Virus record (IMG/VR): IMGVR_UViG_3300044711_000225
Location: 1 to 57,000 of that record
Origin: a virus
Lineage: Duplodnaviria > Caudoviricetes
Length of the DNA: 57,000 nt
Strand: one strand, 5' to 3'
The notes under the pieces are model-generated. The model made no database searches and was not told the DNA's origin. It saw only the letters and a list, made by a program, of their open reading frames with translations. The first letter of the stretch is position 1; every line of letters begins with the position of its first letter. Positions 9,390 to 18,804 of the stretch are shown piece after piece. Made by a program: the position numbers and the translations under genes.

Positions 9390-9859
9390 GGGCACCCCGC
9401 GCGCACGGCAGCGGCCTGGCGGTCCATGGCGGTGTAGGGCGACGCCTCGCCGTACGCGAGCGGCGCGCCGCTGTTCACGGCGGCCGCGAGGCCGGGGGTG
9501 GCCTGCTTCACGGGGAGCTCGACGAGCCCCTTGTCGGGGTCCGCCGCCTCGCGCAGCCACGCGAGGGAGTCGTCGTGGCACTTGCGGATCAGCTGATCCT
9601 GCTGGCTCGACGGGTTGTAGCCGCGCTTCAGGTACAGGCGTCCGACGACGACCTGGACGACGTTCCAGATCAGCGCATCGGGGTATGGATCCTGGAATGG
9701 CGCGGCGTAACGCTTGATCAGGCCAGCGTCGAAGAGTCCGGACACGCCGGTGACGTTCGCAGCGATGATCCCCGGATAGAGGGCCTCGAGAGCGTCGATA
9801 TCCTCCGCGGGCATGATCCCGAAGAGCTTCAGCTGCGCCGTGGTGACGTAGGAGCTCAT
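9386..9859 (-). CDS. Head-tail adaptor, Mu gp36/DUF1320-like
   Basis: MSSYVTTAQL...KRYAAPF...RLYLKRG...SLAWLREAA. Confidence 0.75.
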   Translation of the reverse strand: MSSYVTTAQLKLFGIMPAEDIDALEALYPGIIAANVTGVSGLFDAGLIKRYAAPFQDPYPDALIWNVVQVVVGRLYLKRGYNPSSQQDQLIRKCHDDSLAWLREAADPDKGLVELPVKQATPGLAAAVNSGAPLAYGEASPYTAMDRQAAAVRAGCP

Positions 9860-10572
9860 GCGGACACCCCGCAGCGCGGCAGCATCGCGAAGATGCTCCG
9901 GGCGCCCTTGCTGGTGTTGCAGTAGCTGCACGCCGGGACCACGTTCTCGACCGTGTGCTCACCGCCGCGACAGAGGGGAACCATGTGGTCGATCGTCGGC
10001 CTCGGCGTCGGCTTGAGGCAATACGCGCAGGCGCCGTTGAACTGAGCCACGGTCTCCGCCCACTGCAAGCGGGTCAGCCTGGCGTACGCGCCACGTCGAC
10101 GGGCACGCTGCCGATGCTTGATCGCCTTGTACGCCTCGGGATTGCCGCGCCGCCAGGCGTTCGCGGCAGCCTTGAAACTGGCAGGGTCAGCGAGATACCT
10201 GGCCCTACGATAGGCGACCATCCAGTCGCGGTTTCCCTCTCGCCACGCGCGATTCGCTGCGGTCAGCGTGTCGCTGTTCGCCGCCCGGTACATCCGAGCG
10301 TTGGCGGACACACAGGACTTGCACTTACCGGCAAGCCCCGACGTGTTCAGGACGTTGCGATGGAACTCGACGCGCGGCTTGTCGACCCCGCACCCAGCGC
10401 ATGTCTGTCGCTCTACAGGCTGCATGCCAGCGCGAGCGCGGCGGCGAGCCTTCGCTGATTCCGACTTGCACGCCTTGCACGTCGTGTCGCGCCCATCTGC
10501 GCACGAGCGCATGGCGTAGAACTCTCCCGAGTCCTTCTCCGTGCGGCACGCCTGACAGTTCTTCGCGCTCAT
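9856..10572 (-). CDS. HNH endonuclease with two N-terminal zinc-finger repeats
   Basis: CxxC...CKxC twice; CAYC...TIDHMVPLCRGGEHTVENVVPACSYCN. Confidence 0.9.
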   Translation of the reverse strand: MSAKNCQACRTEKDSGEFYAMRSCADGRDTTCKACKSESAKARRRARAGMQPVERQTCAGCGVDKPRVEFHRNVLNTSGLAGKCKSCVSANARMYRAANSDTLTAANRAWREGNRDWMVAYRRARYLADPASFKAAANAWRRGNPEAYKAIKHRQRARRRGAYARLTRLQWAETVAQFNGACAYCLKPTPRPTIDHMVPLCRGGEHTVENVVPACSYCNTSKGARSIFAMLPRCGVSA

Positions 10573-10589
10573 GGTCCTCTGACGCCTCG

Positions 10590-10616
10590 AGCCCGCTCGG
10601 CGAAACCGAGCGGGCT
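10590..10616 (-). terminator. 11-bp perfect hairpin downstream of the major capsid gene
   Basis: AGCCCGCTCGG-N5-CCGAGCGGGCT; no U-tract. Confidence 0.55.
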
Positions 10617-10639
10617 GGGCGGTGTCGCGCGTTGGGCGA

Positions 10640-11602
10640 CTACGGCTTGCTCTTCACGGCCTGGAACGGATGTCCGTAGATCGCGACGTTGCGGCCGCGG
10701 ACCTGCCACTCCACCTGGTTCAGGCGCCCGAGCTCCGCGTCGGAGATGCCGTCGTAGCTCGTCATAGTGTACGGCTTGCGCTCGCCGTAGATGAGCGGGA
10801 GCAGCTGCGTCCCGGCGTTGCCGGCGATGAGGTACCAGCTCAGGTCCGTGATCTCGTTCACGACGACGAGCCCGATCCCGGTGTTGATCTGCCCGTTGAA
10901 CGTGCCGATGCCTCCGGCGGCGGGGTTGTTCGTCGCGTCGATGAACTGCGCGCCCGTGATCGTCTGCGCCGCGAGCTTCAGCGCGGGGCCCACGACCATC
11001 AGGGTCGGGGCGAGCCCTCGGTTCTGGCCGCTGGGCATAGTGAAGGAACGGAGCCGGGCCTCCGCGGTGTTGTAGTTCGCCGGGATCACCTTGCCGTCGA
11101 CGTCGACGAGCGGGTTCGTCTCCAGCAGGTTGTCGTACGTGCCACCCGACGCGCCCGCCGCGACGTTCGTCGGGTGGGAGTTCGAGAAAAACGCGACGCC
11201 GTCGTAGCCGAGCCCGGTCTCTCCAGCGAGCAGGAGCGCGACGGCCTGGCGCTGCGGGACGAGGGCCATGTCGGCGCCGATCTGAGAGGCCCAGTCGGCC
11301 GCGAACGAGATCTTGTCGTCCTCGAACTGGTTCCGCGAGACGCGGAGCCCGTCGCCCATGTCGCCGCTCTCGAGGCGCAGCGAGCCGCGGACCATCGAGT
11401 CGTACTTCATCTCGCCCGGGTCGAGATGCTTGATCGAAGCCGTGGCGAGCATGAACTCCCACGTCTCCTGCCGGCCGCCGATCGGCCGCTTCGACATGAG
11501 CTTGTCCCACCAGAGATTCTGGAGGGCGAGCTCGTATTCGTTCATCTGGATCACCTTGAGCTCGTCCTCGAGACTCAAGACGTGTTGCGCGGACCAGTCC
11601 AT
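10640..11602 (-). CDS. Major capsid protein, Mu gpT-like
   Basis: 320 aa; VSRNQFEDD, YDGVAFFSNSHP, PTLMVVGPAL, WYL...PLIYGER. Confidence 0.92.
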   Translation of the reverse strand: MDWSAQHVLSLEDELKVIQMNEYELALQNLWWDKLMSKRPIGGRQETWEFMLATASIKHLDPGEMKYDSMVRGSLRLESGDMGDGLRVSRNQFEDDKISFAADWASQIGADMALVPQRQAVALLLAGETGLGYDGVAFFSNSHPTNVAAGASGGTYDNLLETNPLVDVDGKVIPANYNTAEARLRSFTMPSGQNRGLAPTLMVVGPALKLAAQTITGAQFIDATNNPAAGGIGTFNGQINTGIGLVVVNEITDLSWYLIAGNAGTQLLPLIYGERKPYTMTSYDGISDAELGRLNQVEWQVRGRNVAIYGHPFQAVKSKP

Positions 11603-11627
11603 TTGAGGTGTTTCCCTTCTGGTCCGC

Positions 11628-12086
11628 TCAGTTGGCGAACACGATCCAGCACTTCGTCGTGACGACGGCGCCGGAAAGGTCGGTGTCGAAGCCGACGAAC
11701 TTGCCGGCCACGATGCTGTTGGAGGTCGTATGGGCGACGGTGTTGTCGTCGAGAACGTTGACGTTCAGGTATCGATCCGCCGCGACCACGGGGGAGCCCG
11801 TGTCGTTGTTGTAGAGGTAGGCGATGCGCCCGAGCGAGAGCTTCACCGTGACCTTGAGAGCCCCGGCGGCGCCGGCGCTGTTGTCGACGACGGTGCCGCC
11901 GTAGACGACGCACTTGCCGAGCGTGACGAGCCCGGTCGTGTCGGACGCGGGCACGGCGTTGCCGGACGCGTCGAGCGCGACCATGGTGCCGCCGAAGATC
12001 TTGGTGCTCGCCGCGACGGGCACCGTGACGAAGCCGAACTCCTTCTCGTCGGGGCTCGGCGCGAAGAGCGCAGTTGCAGCGGCCAT
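11628..12086 (-). CDS. Capsid decoration/cement protein
   Basis: VPVAASTKIFGGTMVALDASGNAVPA...DNSAGAAG; lies between protease and capsid genes. Confidence 0.75.
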   Translation of the reverse strand: MAAATALFAPSPDEKEFGFVTVPVAASTKIFGGTMVALDASGNAVPASDTTGLVTLGKCVVYGGTVVDNSAGAAGALKVTVKLSLGRIAYLYNNDTGSPVVAADRYLNVNVLDDNTVAHTTSNSIVAGKFVGFDTDLSGAVVTTKCWIVFAN

Positions 12087-12087
12087 C

Positions 12088-12822
12088 TCAGCTCGCCTTC
12101 TTTCCGGCCAGCGCGCGGGCGCGGGCCTCGGAGGGGGTCATCGTCGCGAGGACGTGCACGCCGCGCTGTGGCTTGCTCCAGCCGACGCCGCCCTCGAGCG
12201 GCGTCTGGATGTTGAGCGCGGCGCGGACCTCGGCGCGTGCCTTCGGGTCGCGCGCGCCGCCGCCGTCCGTGCCCTGCGTCTCGCCGCGCGTCGCCGTCGG
12301 GGACGTCGCCGTCACCGTCTGCGTCAGCTTCGGCGTCTTCGAGAGGATGCGCCGCACGCGCTCGGGCTCGAAGCCGCGAATCTCCGCGAGGAAGTCCGCT
12401 GGGAGGTCCTTGCGCGTGCGCAGGATCGCGTCGACGTCGCGAAGGCGATCCTTCTCGCGCAGCGCAGCGATCTCGGTCGACTGCACCGTCAGCTGATTGC
12501 CGATGCGCGCGATCACCTCGTCCTCGACCCGCTCCGACGTGGCCGTGCGGGCCGTCGCCGTGGTGGTCGCGGTCGTGGCGGTGGCGGTCTCGGCGCTCGC
12601 CGTGGTCGCCTCCGTCTTGGCCGGCTCGTCGCCGTCCTCGTCATCGCCCTCGTCGGCACCGGCGGCGCGGGCCGTCAGCGCGTTGAAGGACTCGTCGCCG
12701 CCGTGCACCGCGTACATGGCCGCCGCCGCTGCCTTGGTGTCCGGCTTCGCGTCGTCGCCCATCTTCGCGCGCATGGCCGCGAGGACCGCGAGCGTGGCTC
12801 GCTCTTCCTTGCTCAGCTTCAT
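12088..12822 (-). CDS. Nested in-frame scaffold protein (Mu gpZ-like)
   Basis: AAGGA RBS before internal ATG (MKLSKEER...) right after the protease domain. Confidence 0.55.
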   Translation of the reverse strand: MKLSKEERATLAVLAAMRAKMGDDAKPDTKAAAAAMYAVHGGDESFNALTARAAGADEGDDEDGDEPAKTEATTASAETATATTATTTATARTATSERVEDEVIARIGNQLTVQSTEIAALREKDRLRDVDAILRTRKDLPADFLAEIRGFEPERVRRILSKTPKLTQTVTATSPTATRGETQGTDGGGARDPKARAEVRAALNIQTPLEGGVGWSKPQRGVHVLATMTPSEARARALAGKKAS

Positions 12823-13377
12823 GTGCTGTTCCTTGTTGGTGAGATTGGCGAGTTGCGTCGCCTGCCACGTGGCGGGGTTGATGCAGACCGCGCAGTTGAT
12901 GTACCCAACGATTTCTTGGGTGGATTGGTCGGTGTCGAACGCAGGCGAGTAGAAGCGCCAGCGCGGCGGCGTCTCCTCGAGCCCAGCTTTCACGTCGGCG
13001 CACCATTCGATCGCCGACGCCCAGAGCTCGGGCTGCCCGTCCTCGTCGATCCGCGTCTCGAGCAGGTGCCACCCAGCGGCGCGCCCCGCCTCGGCCGGTC
13101 GATCGCTCTTGAGCGAGAGGTGGTCGAAGTCGAACGAGTAGATGTTGCCGCGCGCGTCCTGATCGTCGAGCAGGAGCTGCGCGCTGCGGGGCGTGAAGAA
13201 CGCCGGCCCATAGTCCGACATGTTCTCGCCGGCGCGCCAGATCCGGAACGCCGTGGGCGCGGCGCCGGGCGCAGGACGCTCGACCGTGCGCGCATCGTCG
13301 CCGAGCTCGACGGCCGTGCCGAAGAGGTAGGGCGCGGAGCCCGCGTCCCAGCGCTGCTGAGCGGTCGCGTGGCTCAT
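12088..13377 (-). CDS. Prohead protease/scaffold, Mu gpI-like
   Basis: FDFDHLS, AAGW, IEW, WRFYSPAF, INPA motifs; helical scaffold C-terminus. Confidence 0.85.
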   Translation of the reverse strand: MSHATAQQRWDAGSAPYLFGTAVELGDDARTVERPAPGAAPTAFRIWRAGENMSDYGPAFFTPRSAQLLLDDQDARGNIYSFDFDHLSLKSDRPAEAGRAAGWHLLETRIDEDGQPELWASAIEWCADVKAGLEETPPRWRFYSPAFDTDQSTQEIVGYINCAVCINPATWQATQLANLTNKEQHMKLSKEERATLAVLAAMRAKMGDDAKPDTKAAAAAMYAVHGGDESFNALTARAAGADEGDDEDGDEPAKTEATTASAETATATTATTTATARTATSERVEDEVIARIGNQLTVQSTEIAALREKDRLRDVDAILRTRKDLPADFLAEIRGFEPERVRRILSKTPKLTQTVTATSPTATRGETQGTDGGGARDPKARAEVRAALNIQTPLEGGVGWSKPQRGVHVLATMTPSEARARALAGKKAS

Positions 13378-14897
13378 GCCGCCGCCCGGAGCGGCCGCGC
13401 CGCGTTCATGTTCTCGCCGCGGGGGGCGCGGTCGCCGTTCGCCGCGTTCCCCTTGCCCGGCCCCGGCAGCGCGAGGGGCGCCACGGGCGTCGGGACGGCG
13501 CCGGTGTCCTCGCCGTCGTCTGACTCCTCGACGGGCTGCGTCGCGCTCTGCTCTTGGCCGAGAATCGGCACGCCGAAGCGGGTGGCGAGTACGTGGACGT
13601 CGACGCGATGATCGTAGGGCTGCAGGGCGGAGTTGATGCTCGCGACGGCCAGCCCGAACGACGCGAGCGCGTCGGCCTGCGCCTTCATCTCCTTCGGCGG
13701 CGCGACGTCCCACTCGAGCCACGGCGCCGACGCGAGGGCGCCTGCGCCCCATCGCTCATTGACGAACGGCAGGATCCCCTGCTCGTTCAGCGTCAGCGCG
13801 AGAGCGTCCGCGGTCGCCTGGATGAGGTCCGCGCGAATCGTCTTGTGGATCTCGGCGTTCGCGAAGCCGGCGCCGCCGTCCGTGGTCACCGTCTGTCCTG
13901 CGATCGAGACGATGAATTCGCCGTTCGACGTGTCGATCGTGTTCTGGAACACCTCGTAGCCGCGGCCGTTGCTCTCGATGAGCTTGACGTCCCAGCCCGG
14001 GGGCAGATCGAAAGCCTGGTTCACGCCCCAGCCGATGAGCCGAGCGAGGAAGCCGCGGCGCTGGTCCTCGGTCGCGGCGCTCGGGGAGTAGCCGGCTCGC
14101 GCCGCCTGCGCGAGCTTCGCACTGTAGTTCTCGCGGTGGAGCGTCGCGTGCTCCTTGGAGATGTAGGCGCGCCCCAGCGCGGGCCACTGCCCAGCGTTCC
14201 AGGGGGTCGACTCGCCCCCGGGGCGGTGCAGGATCCACCAGCCTCCGTCCGCACGGCGCGCGCCGGGCAGGATCGGCAGGAGCCCGGCGATCGAGCGATA
14301 GTACCAGCGGTCCTCCGTCCAGCGATAGAGCAGGAACTCCGGCTCGAGGCGGCGGAACACGTACCGCGCGGGCTCGTCCTCGTCCGCGCTCGAGATCGGA
14401 AGCATCTCACCGACGCCGACGCCGAGCCCGATGCCGTCGGCTGCGAGCTGCGCGATCTCGGCCGTCGGGAACATCGACGTGAAGAGCCCGCGGCGCCGGT
14501 CGACGCCCTCGAACACGAGGCGCCGCTGCTTGTGTCCGGACCAGCGGATCGGCAGCCGCACAAGGCCGTCGGTGCGCGTGGAGAGAACGCCAGAGAGGGT
14601 TCCGTCGCGCCGCATCGCGCGCCAGAGCCGCGCGGCCGGAGCCATGTCGCCGAGGTCCGCGCAGCGGATCGCGTCCTCGAGGTGAACGGGCAGCCAGCGC
14701 GTCTGCGAGGTGGGTGGCGGGTTGATCTGCCCGCTCAGGTAGTCGTTGGCGTGGACGATCGCGCCGCCCTGCACCGCCTGCGTCGGCATCGTGCGCAGGC
14801 CCAGCAGGCGGCGCAGCGTCGCGACGAAGCCGCCCGGCGACGTCGGCGACGGCTCGGCCGTGATAGCCGGAGCGGTGAAGAGCGCCAGGTCAGCCAC
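13374..14897 (-). CDS. Portal protein, Mu gp29/DUF935-like
   Basis: 507 aa; MRRDGTLSGVLSTR, IAGQTVTTDGGAG, AEIHKTIRADLIQATA. Confidence 0.85.
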   Translation of the reverse strand: MADLALFTAPAITAEPSPTSPGGFVATLRRLLGLRTMPTQAVQGGAIVHANDYLSGQINPPPTSQTRWLPVHLEDAIRCADLGDMAPAARLWRAMRRDGTLSGVLSTRTDGLVRLPIRWSGHKQRRLVFEGVDRRRGLFTSMFPTAEIAQLAADGIGLGVGVGEMLPISSADEDEPARYVFRRLEPEFLLYRWTEDRWYYRSIAGLLPILPGARRADGGWWILHRPGGESTPWNAGQWPALGRAYISKEHATLHRENYSAKLAQAARAGYSPSAATEDQRRGFLARLIGWGVNQAFDLPPGWDVKLIESNGRGYEVFQNTIDTSNGEFIVSIAGQTVTTDGGAGFANAEIHKTIRADLIQATADALALTLNEQGILPFVNERWGAGALASAPWLEWDVAPPKEMKAQADALASFGLAVASINSALQPYDHRVDVHVLATRFGVPILGQEQSATQPVEESDDGEDTGAVPTPVAPLALPGPGKGNAANGDRAPRGENMNAARPLRAAA

Positions 14898-15159
14898 AGG
14901 CGCGCTCCGCGTCGATGAAGCCGAGCACGCGCCCGATCGACAGGCGCCGATACGCCGCGGCGACGCGCGAGAACCCGGGGCGCGACGTCAGCAGCGGGCG
15001 CTCGGCCGTCGAGATGTCCGGGGCTCCAGCGGCCATCGCCGGCCCCAGAGGAGACACCACCGCCGGCGCACCCCCCGAGAGGCTCAGGGGGGGAAGCCCG
15101 GGAGGACCCGCCGAAGCGGTGCCCCCTCGGCGACCGACGATGTGCGCCGCGTCGCTCAT
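14890..15159 (-). CDS. Small hypothetical protein
   Basis: 89-aa ORF filling the gap, overlaps portal start. Confidence 0.4.
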   Translation of the reverse strand: MSDAAHIVGRRGGTASAGPPGLPPLSLSGGAPAVVSPLGPAMAAGAPDISTAERPLLTSRPGFSRVAAAYRRLSIGRVLGFIDAERACG

Positions 15160-15163
15160 GGGC

Positions 15164-16360
15164 TCAGACGAGCCACCAGTTCGCGCCGTCGGAGAGGTAG
15201 GTCTTGCTGCCCTTCGCCGTCGTGATCGCGGCGGGCGTTGTCGCGTCGACCGTCTGGCTCGAGGTCGTCGCGACCGTGATGTTGTGGACGGAGGCGTCGA
15301 CCGTGTCCTTGATGGCGATCCGTTGGCCCTTGATGCCCACGGCCGTCGGGAGCGTGATCGTCGTGTCGGCCGCGCTGTTCACGAGCACGACCTCACCGGC
15401 GCGGGCGACGTAGGCGGTTCCCGTCTTCGCCGCGGTGACGCTCACGCGCCCGTGGTCGATGCCGCCCTGCGAGAGCCAGTTGGCGCCGTCGCTGACGTAC
15501 TTGCGCGAGCCGTACGTCGACTCGATGACCTGCGGCGTCGAGAGCCCATCGACCGTCTGGCTCGACGTGGTGGCCAGCACGATCGCGTTCGTCGCAGCGG
15601 TGCCGGCCGCGTCCTTGATCTCGATGCTCTGCCCGGCGACGCCGACCGCGGTGGGCAGCGTGATGGTGACCCCGCCGCTCGTCGTATCGACGCGCACGTA
15701 GTCGCCGGCGCGCGCGGTGTACGCGCCCGTCTTGCTCGCGGTGACGCTCACGCCTGCGTTCTTGGGCGCCTCGGCGAGCCAGTTCGCGCCGTCGGAGACG
15801 AACGTGCGGCCCTCCCACGGGACCGCGAGCTTCGCGATCGTCGTCGAGCCGTTCACCGTCTGCGACGATGTCGTCGCGACCGTGATCGCGTTCGTGGCCG
15901 CGGTGCCCGCGTCGTCCTGCACCCGGATGCGCTGCCCCGCGATGCCCACCGCCGTCGGAAGCGTCACGGTGACCGCGCCGCCCGTCGTATCGACCTGGAC
16001 GAGTTCGCCGGCGGCGGCCGTATACGCGCCCGTCTTCGAGGCGGTGACGGTGAAGTCGGGGCCGGCCGGGCCTGCGACGCCCGTCGAGGTCTGCGCTTCC
16101 TCCGAGTAGCCGATCCGGATCGTGCCGGTGCACGTCGTGATCGACCGGAGCGTTACCTCGTAGCGCTGGTTCGCGGGGAGGCTCGAAAGCGTGACGGCGG
16201 TGCCGTCGGCGTCGACGCCGACGAGCGTTCCGCCGCTCGGGAGCTCGAACCAGTTGGGCAGCGCGGCCGGCAATCCAGCGACGTCCGTGGTCGTGAAGCT
16301 CACCCCCGCGGCCTGGCCGCTCGTGTACTCGCGCACCCATCCGCGTCCGGACTTGCTCAT
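15164..16360 (-). CDS. Putative head fibre/spike protein with three tandem ~90-aa beta repeats
   Basis: Three copies of VTASKTG.Y.A.AGE.V.VDT...TITLPTAVG..GQ.I.I.D...N.I.VATTSSQTV...SDGANW (T4 gp9/gp34-type module). Confidence 0.7.
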   Translation of the reverse strand: MSKSGRGWVREYTSGQAAGVSFTTTDVAGLPAALPNWFELPSGGTLVGVDADGTAVTLSSLPANQRYEVTLRSITTCTGTIRIGYSEEAQTSTGVAGPAGPDFTVTASKTGAYTAAAGELVQVDTTGGAVTVTLPTAVGIAGQRIRVQDDAGTAATNAITVATTSSQTVNGSTTIAKLAVPWEGRTFVSDGANWLAEAPKNAGVSVTASKTGAYTARAGDYVRVDTTSGGVTITLPTAVGVAGQSIEIKDAAGTAATNAIVLATTSSQTVDGLSTPQVIESTYGSRKYVSDGANWLSQGGIDHGRVSVTAAKTGTAYVARAGEVVLVNSAADTTITLPTAVGIKGQRIAIKDTVDASVHNITVATTSSQTVDATTPAAITTAKGSKTYLSDGANWWLV

Positions 16361-16384
16361 GCCGCGAGGGTGACGGCGGCTCGC

Positions 16385-16418
16385 ACAACACGTGTTGTGT
16401 GGGTACAACGCCTGTTGT
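16385..16418. promoter_or_regulatory. Tandem palindromic operators ACAAC-N4-GTTGT
   Basis: ACAACACGTGTTGT (16385-16398) and ACAACGCCTGTTGT (16405-16418) between divergent genes. Confidence 0.75.
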
Positions 16419-16442
16419 GTGAGCCGGGCGCAGGCTCGGCGC

Positions 16443-16841
16443 GTGAGCAAGCACGAGCGGGGACGAGGCGCGGCGAGGGCAACGCTGGAGACGATGCCGG
16501 AGGCGGGCAGCGAGGCGGCGCCCGTCGTGGCAGACGTTCAGCGGCTTGACGTCCCGGTGGATGATGCCGCGCCGGTCTCGGCGTCCGCGCCGGACCTGCC
16601 CGTCCTCGTGTGCGGCTGCGTCTGCGCGCTCTGCTACGGCCCCGGCGAGCTCGACGGCGGGCTCTGCCCCGCGTGCGTCCCGGTGCGCGCCGCGCTGCTC
16701 GATGGGGCGCGGAGGACGTCTGCGGCTGCGCGCGCGACGGCGACGTCCACGTCGGCGAGCTCGCTGACGGCAGCGACGCAGCTGCAGGCCGCGGCGACCG
16801 CCGTGCTCGCGCTGGACGTGCTCAACCGCGCGGGGCGCTGA
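16443..16841 (+). CDS. Hypothetical Cys-cluster protein
   Basis: CGCVCALC...CPAC; lone plus-strand ORF divergent from the head operon. Confidence 0.5.
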   Translation: MSKHERGRGAARATLETMPEAGSEAAPVVADVQRLDVPVDDAAPVSASAPDLPVLVCGCVCALCYGPGELDGGLCPACVPVRAALLDGARRTSAAARATATSTSASSLTAATQLQAAATAVLALDVLNRAGR

Positions 16842-17187
16842 ACTCGGCGAAGTATTCGCGGCTGATCCTGCCCATGTTACGGGCGGCCACGATGATCGGG
16901 TTCGGCGCGGGCGTCTGCAGCCAGCCCTCTTCGACCCAGGTCGAGAGCAGCCTGTCGACGGCCGCCTCGATGTCCTCGGGCCGCACGGAGTCGCTCGCGC
17001 GGACGCCGCGCTCGATGAGCATCGAACGGTTCTCGAAGCGCTCGGCCAGCAACGCGCGGATCTCGCGGTCGAGGTCAGCCGCGTCTCGGCCCGCCGAGGG
17101 GTAGATCCAGCTCTCCGGCATCGGCGAGAACATGAACGCGACGTGTCCCATGGGGTCCACCGCGCAGAACGTGATCGGCGAGGTCAC
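16822..17187 (-). CDS. Hypothetical protein
   Basis: GTG start overlapping upstream TGA; protein-like composition. Confidence 0.5.
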   Translation of the reverse strand: MTSPITFCAVDPMGHVAFMFSPMPESWIYPSAGRDAADLDREIRALLAERFENRSMLIERGVRASDSVRPEDIEAAVDRLLSTWVEEGWLQTPAPNPIIVAARNMGRISREYFAEFSAPRG

Positions 17188-17483
17188 GTCGCACCGTCCG
17201 GCTGCGCGAGCGAGATCGTGACGTCGATCCGGTCCTCCACCGGCCGCGGCGTGACCGCCCGGTGCCACGTGAGCACGCCGCCGTCCGACAGCGAGAACGT
17301 GTCGACGATGCGGATCCACGGGTCGCTCGGCTCGCCCCAGCGCGTCACCTGCTCCGGTGGGCGCGGGCCCCACGGCTTCGGGCCCATCACGACGTGGAGC
17401 TCGTGCATCGCGGCGGCGAAGCTCTGCCCGAACGCGAAGAGCGGGGCGATCTCGGCGGGCCATGCGGGCGGTGCTGCGCTCAT
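17184..17483 (-). CDS. Hypothetical protein
   Basis: ATGA overlap coupling; 99 aa. Confidence 0.5.
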   Translation of the reverse strand: MSAAPPAWPAEIAPLFAFGQSFAAAMHELHVVMGPKPWGPRPPEQVTRWGEPSDPWIRIVDTFSLSDGGVLTWHRAVTPRPVEDRIDVTISLAQPDGAT

Positions 17484-18562
17484 CGGCGCGCCCTCGAGCG
17501 AGCCGAGCGGCGAGCGAGCCATGGCCCGTCTGGCGCGCGGTGCTTCGCCGTCGCTCGGCGGTAGATCGCGGCCCACTCGTCGCCGGGTTTCGGTGGATCT
17601 CGCCGCGCGTGCGCGTCGAGCGCCGCGACGAGCAGAGCGGCGTCATGCCCGGTCCACAGCCACCGCATCGCGACCGTGTCGCCGACCGCGGCCTTGCCCA
17701 AGAACCTCGACGCGCGAGCGAGCGAGTTCCCGTTCGGCTCGATGGCCGCGATCGCCATCGCGCGCCAGCCCTCGACATCGAGATCGTAGGGGCGCGCCGC
17801 GATGACCTCGGCGACAAGATGCTCCGATCGCATCCGCACGCCGCGCTCGCTCGCCATCGCGTCCCAGAGCGCGGCGAAAGCTTGGGAGAGGGCGACGAAG
17901 CGAGCGCGCTGCGCCGCGCGGATCGCCTCTGCGAGCTCGTCGGCCATTTGCGCGATGCGCTCGGCCACGGCCACGAACCCGCCAGCCTCGAGCGAGAAGC
18001 CGGGCTTGGGCGCCATCCGGCCGCCGATGCTCAGCGTGTCGTATGGCGCCGCGTCGAGGAACGTCCACGGCGCGGGCAGGGTTCCGTTCACCAGCCCGTC
18101 GCGCTCGCGACGGAAGTCGTTGCCGAGCGTCACGCGGTCGCCCTCGACGAACACCACGACGATGTCGCACCCGTCCCGCGACTCCCACCGCTGGCCGACC
18201 GCGACGCGGGGGCGAGCTTCCGTCTGCTCGATGAACAGCCAGCCTTCCGACGGCATCGCGCCGTCTACGAGCGGCGCCCGGTTCTGCCAGAAGCCGGGGC
18301 GCTCTGGATCCTCGCTGCGCAACCATGCAGCGCCGTGCGCGACGTGGGAGACGCGATACAGGCCCAGCGCCTCCACAGGCGCCGCGGTGTGAAGCTGCCA
18401 CCGCTGCCCGACTGCGGCCTTGGGGGCGACCTCGACGACGGTGCCGTCCTGGCGCACCGTGCACGGTCGACCGGCGCGGACGCGGCAGCCCGGAGCCACA
18501 GGCGCGGATGCCTGTTCGGCGACGAGAACGCCGCCCTTGAACCGATACGCGCCCTCGTTCAC
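17480..18562 (-). CDS. Hypothetical protein with duplicated AVGQRW module
   Basis: Two AVGQRW-initiated segments; coupled overlaps. Confidence 0.55.
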   Translation of the reverse strand: MNEGAYRFKGGVLVAEQASAPVAPGCRVRAGRPCTVRQDGTVVEVAPKAAVGQRWQLHTAAPVEALGLYRVSHVAHGAAWLRSEDPERPGFWQNRAPLVDGAMPSEGWLFIEQTEARPRVAVGQRWESRDGCDIVVVFVEGDRVTLGNDFRRERDGLVNGTLPAPWTFLDAAPYDTLSIGGRMAPKPGFSLEAGGFVAVAERIAQMADELAEAIRAAQRARFVALSQAFAALWDAMASERGVRMRSEHLVAEVIAARPYDLDVEGWRAMAIAAIEPNGNSLARASRFLGKAAVGDTVAMRWLWTGHDAALLVAALDAHARRDPPKPGDEWAAIYRRATAKHRAPDGPWLARRSARSRARR

Positions 18563-18804
18563 CCCGTCCTCCTCTCCGCAGTCTCGCACCCCACTGCGTC
18601 CCCGACCACCGCGACGTCCCTGTCCCACGCGTGCAGCGAGATCCCGAACTGGATCTCGGCGTGCACCCGCCCGAAGAAGTCCGGCCGCCGCTGCCCGTTG
18701 ATCCAGAGCGACACCGCCTGCTGCGTCACCCGGCACCGCCGCGCGATCTCCCGCTCCGGCGTCCGCTGCACGATGCGCCGGAGCGCCTGCTGCCCTTCGT
18801 TCAT
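18559..18804 (-). CDS. Cro/XRE-type HTH protein
   Basis: EREIARRCRVTQQAVSLWINGQRRP. Confidence 0.85.
   Translation of the reverse strand: MNEGQQALRRIVQRTPEREIARRCRVTQQAVSLWINGQRRPDFFGRVHAEIQFGISLHAWDRDVAVVGDAVGCETAERRTG

Noticed and set aside
10640-14897. Mu-like transposable phage
   Set aside because: Head genes are Mu-like, but no MuA/MuB; a tyrosine integrase, attP and replication genes are present
15164-16100. Diversity-generating retroelement repeats
   Set aside because: Repeats are in-frame protein modules; no reverse transcriptase in the genome
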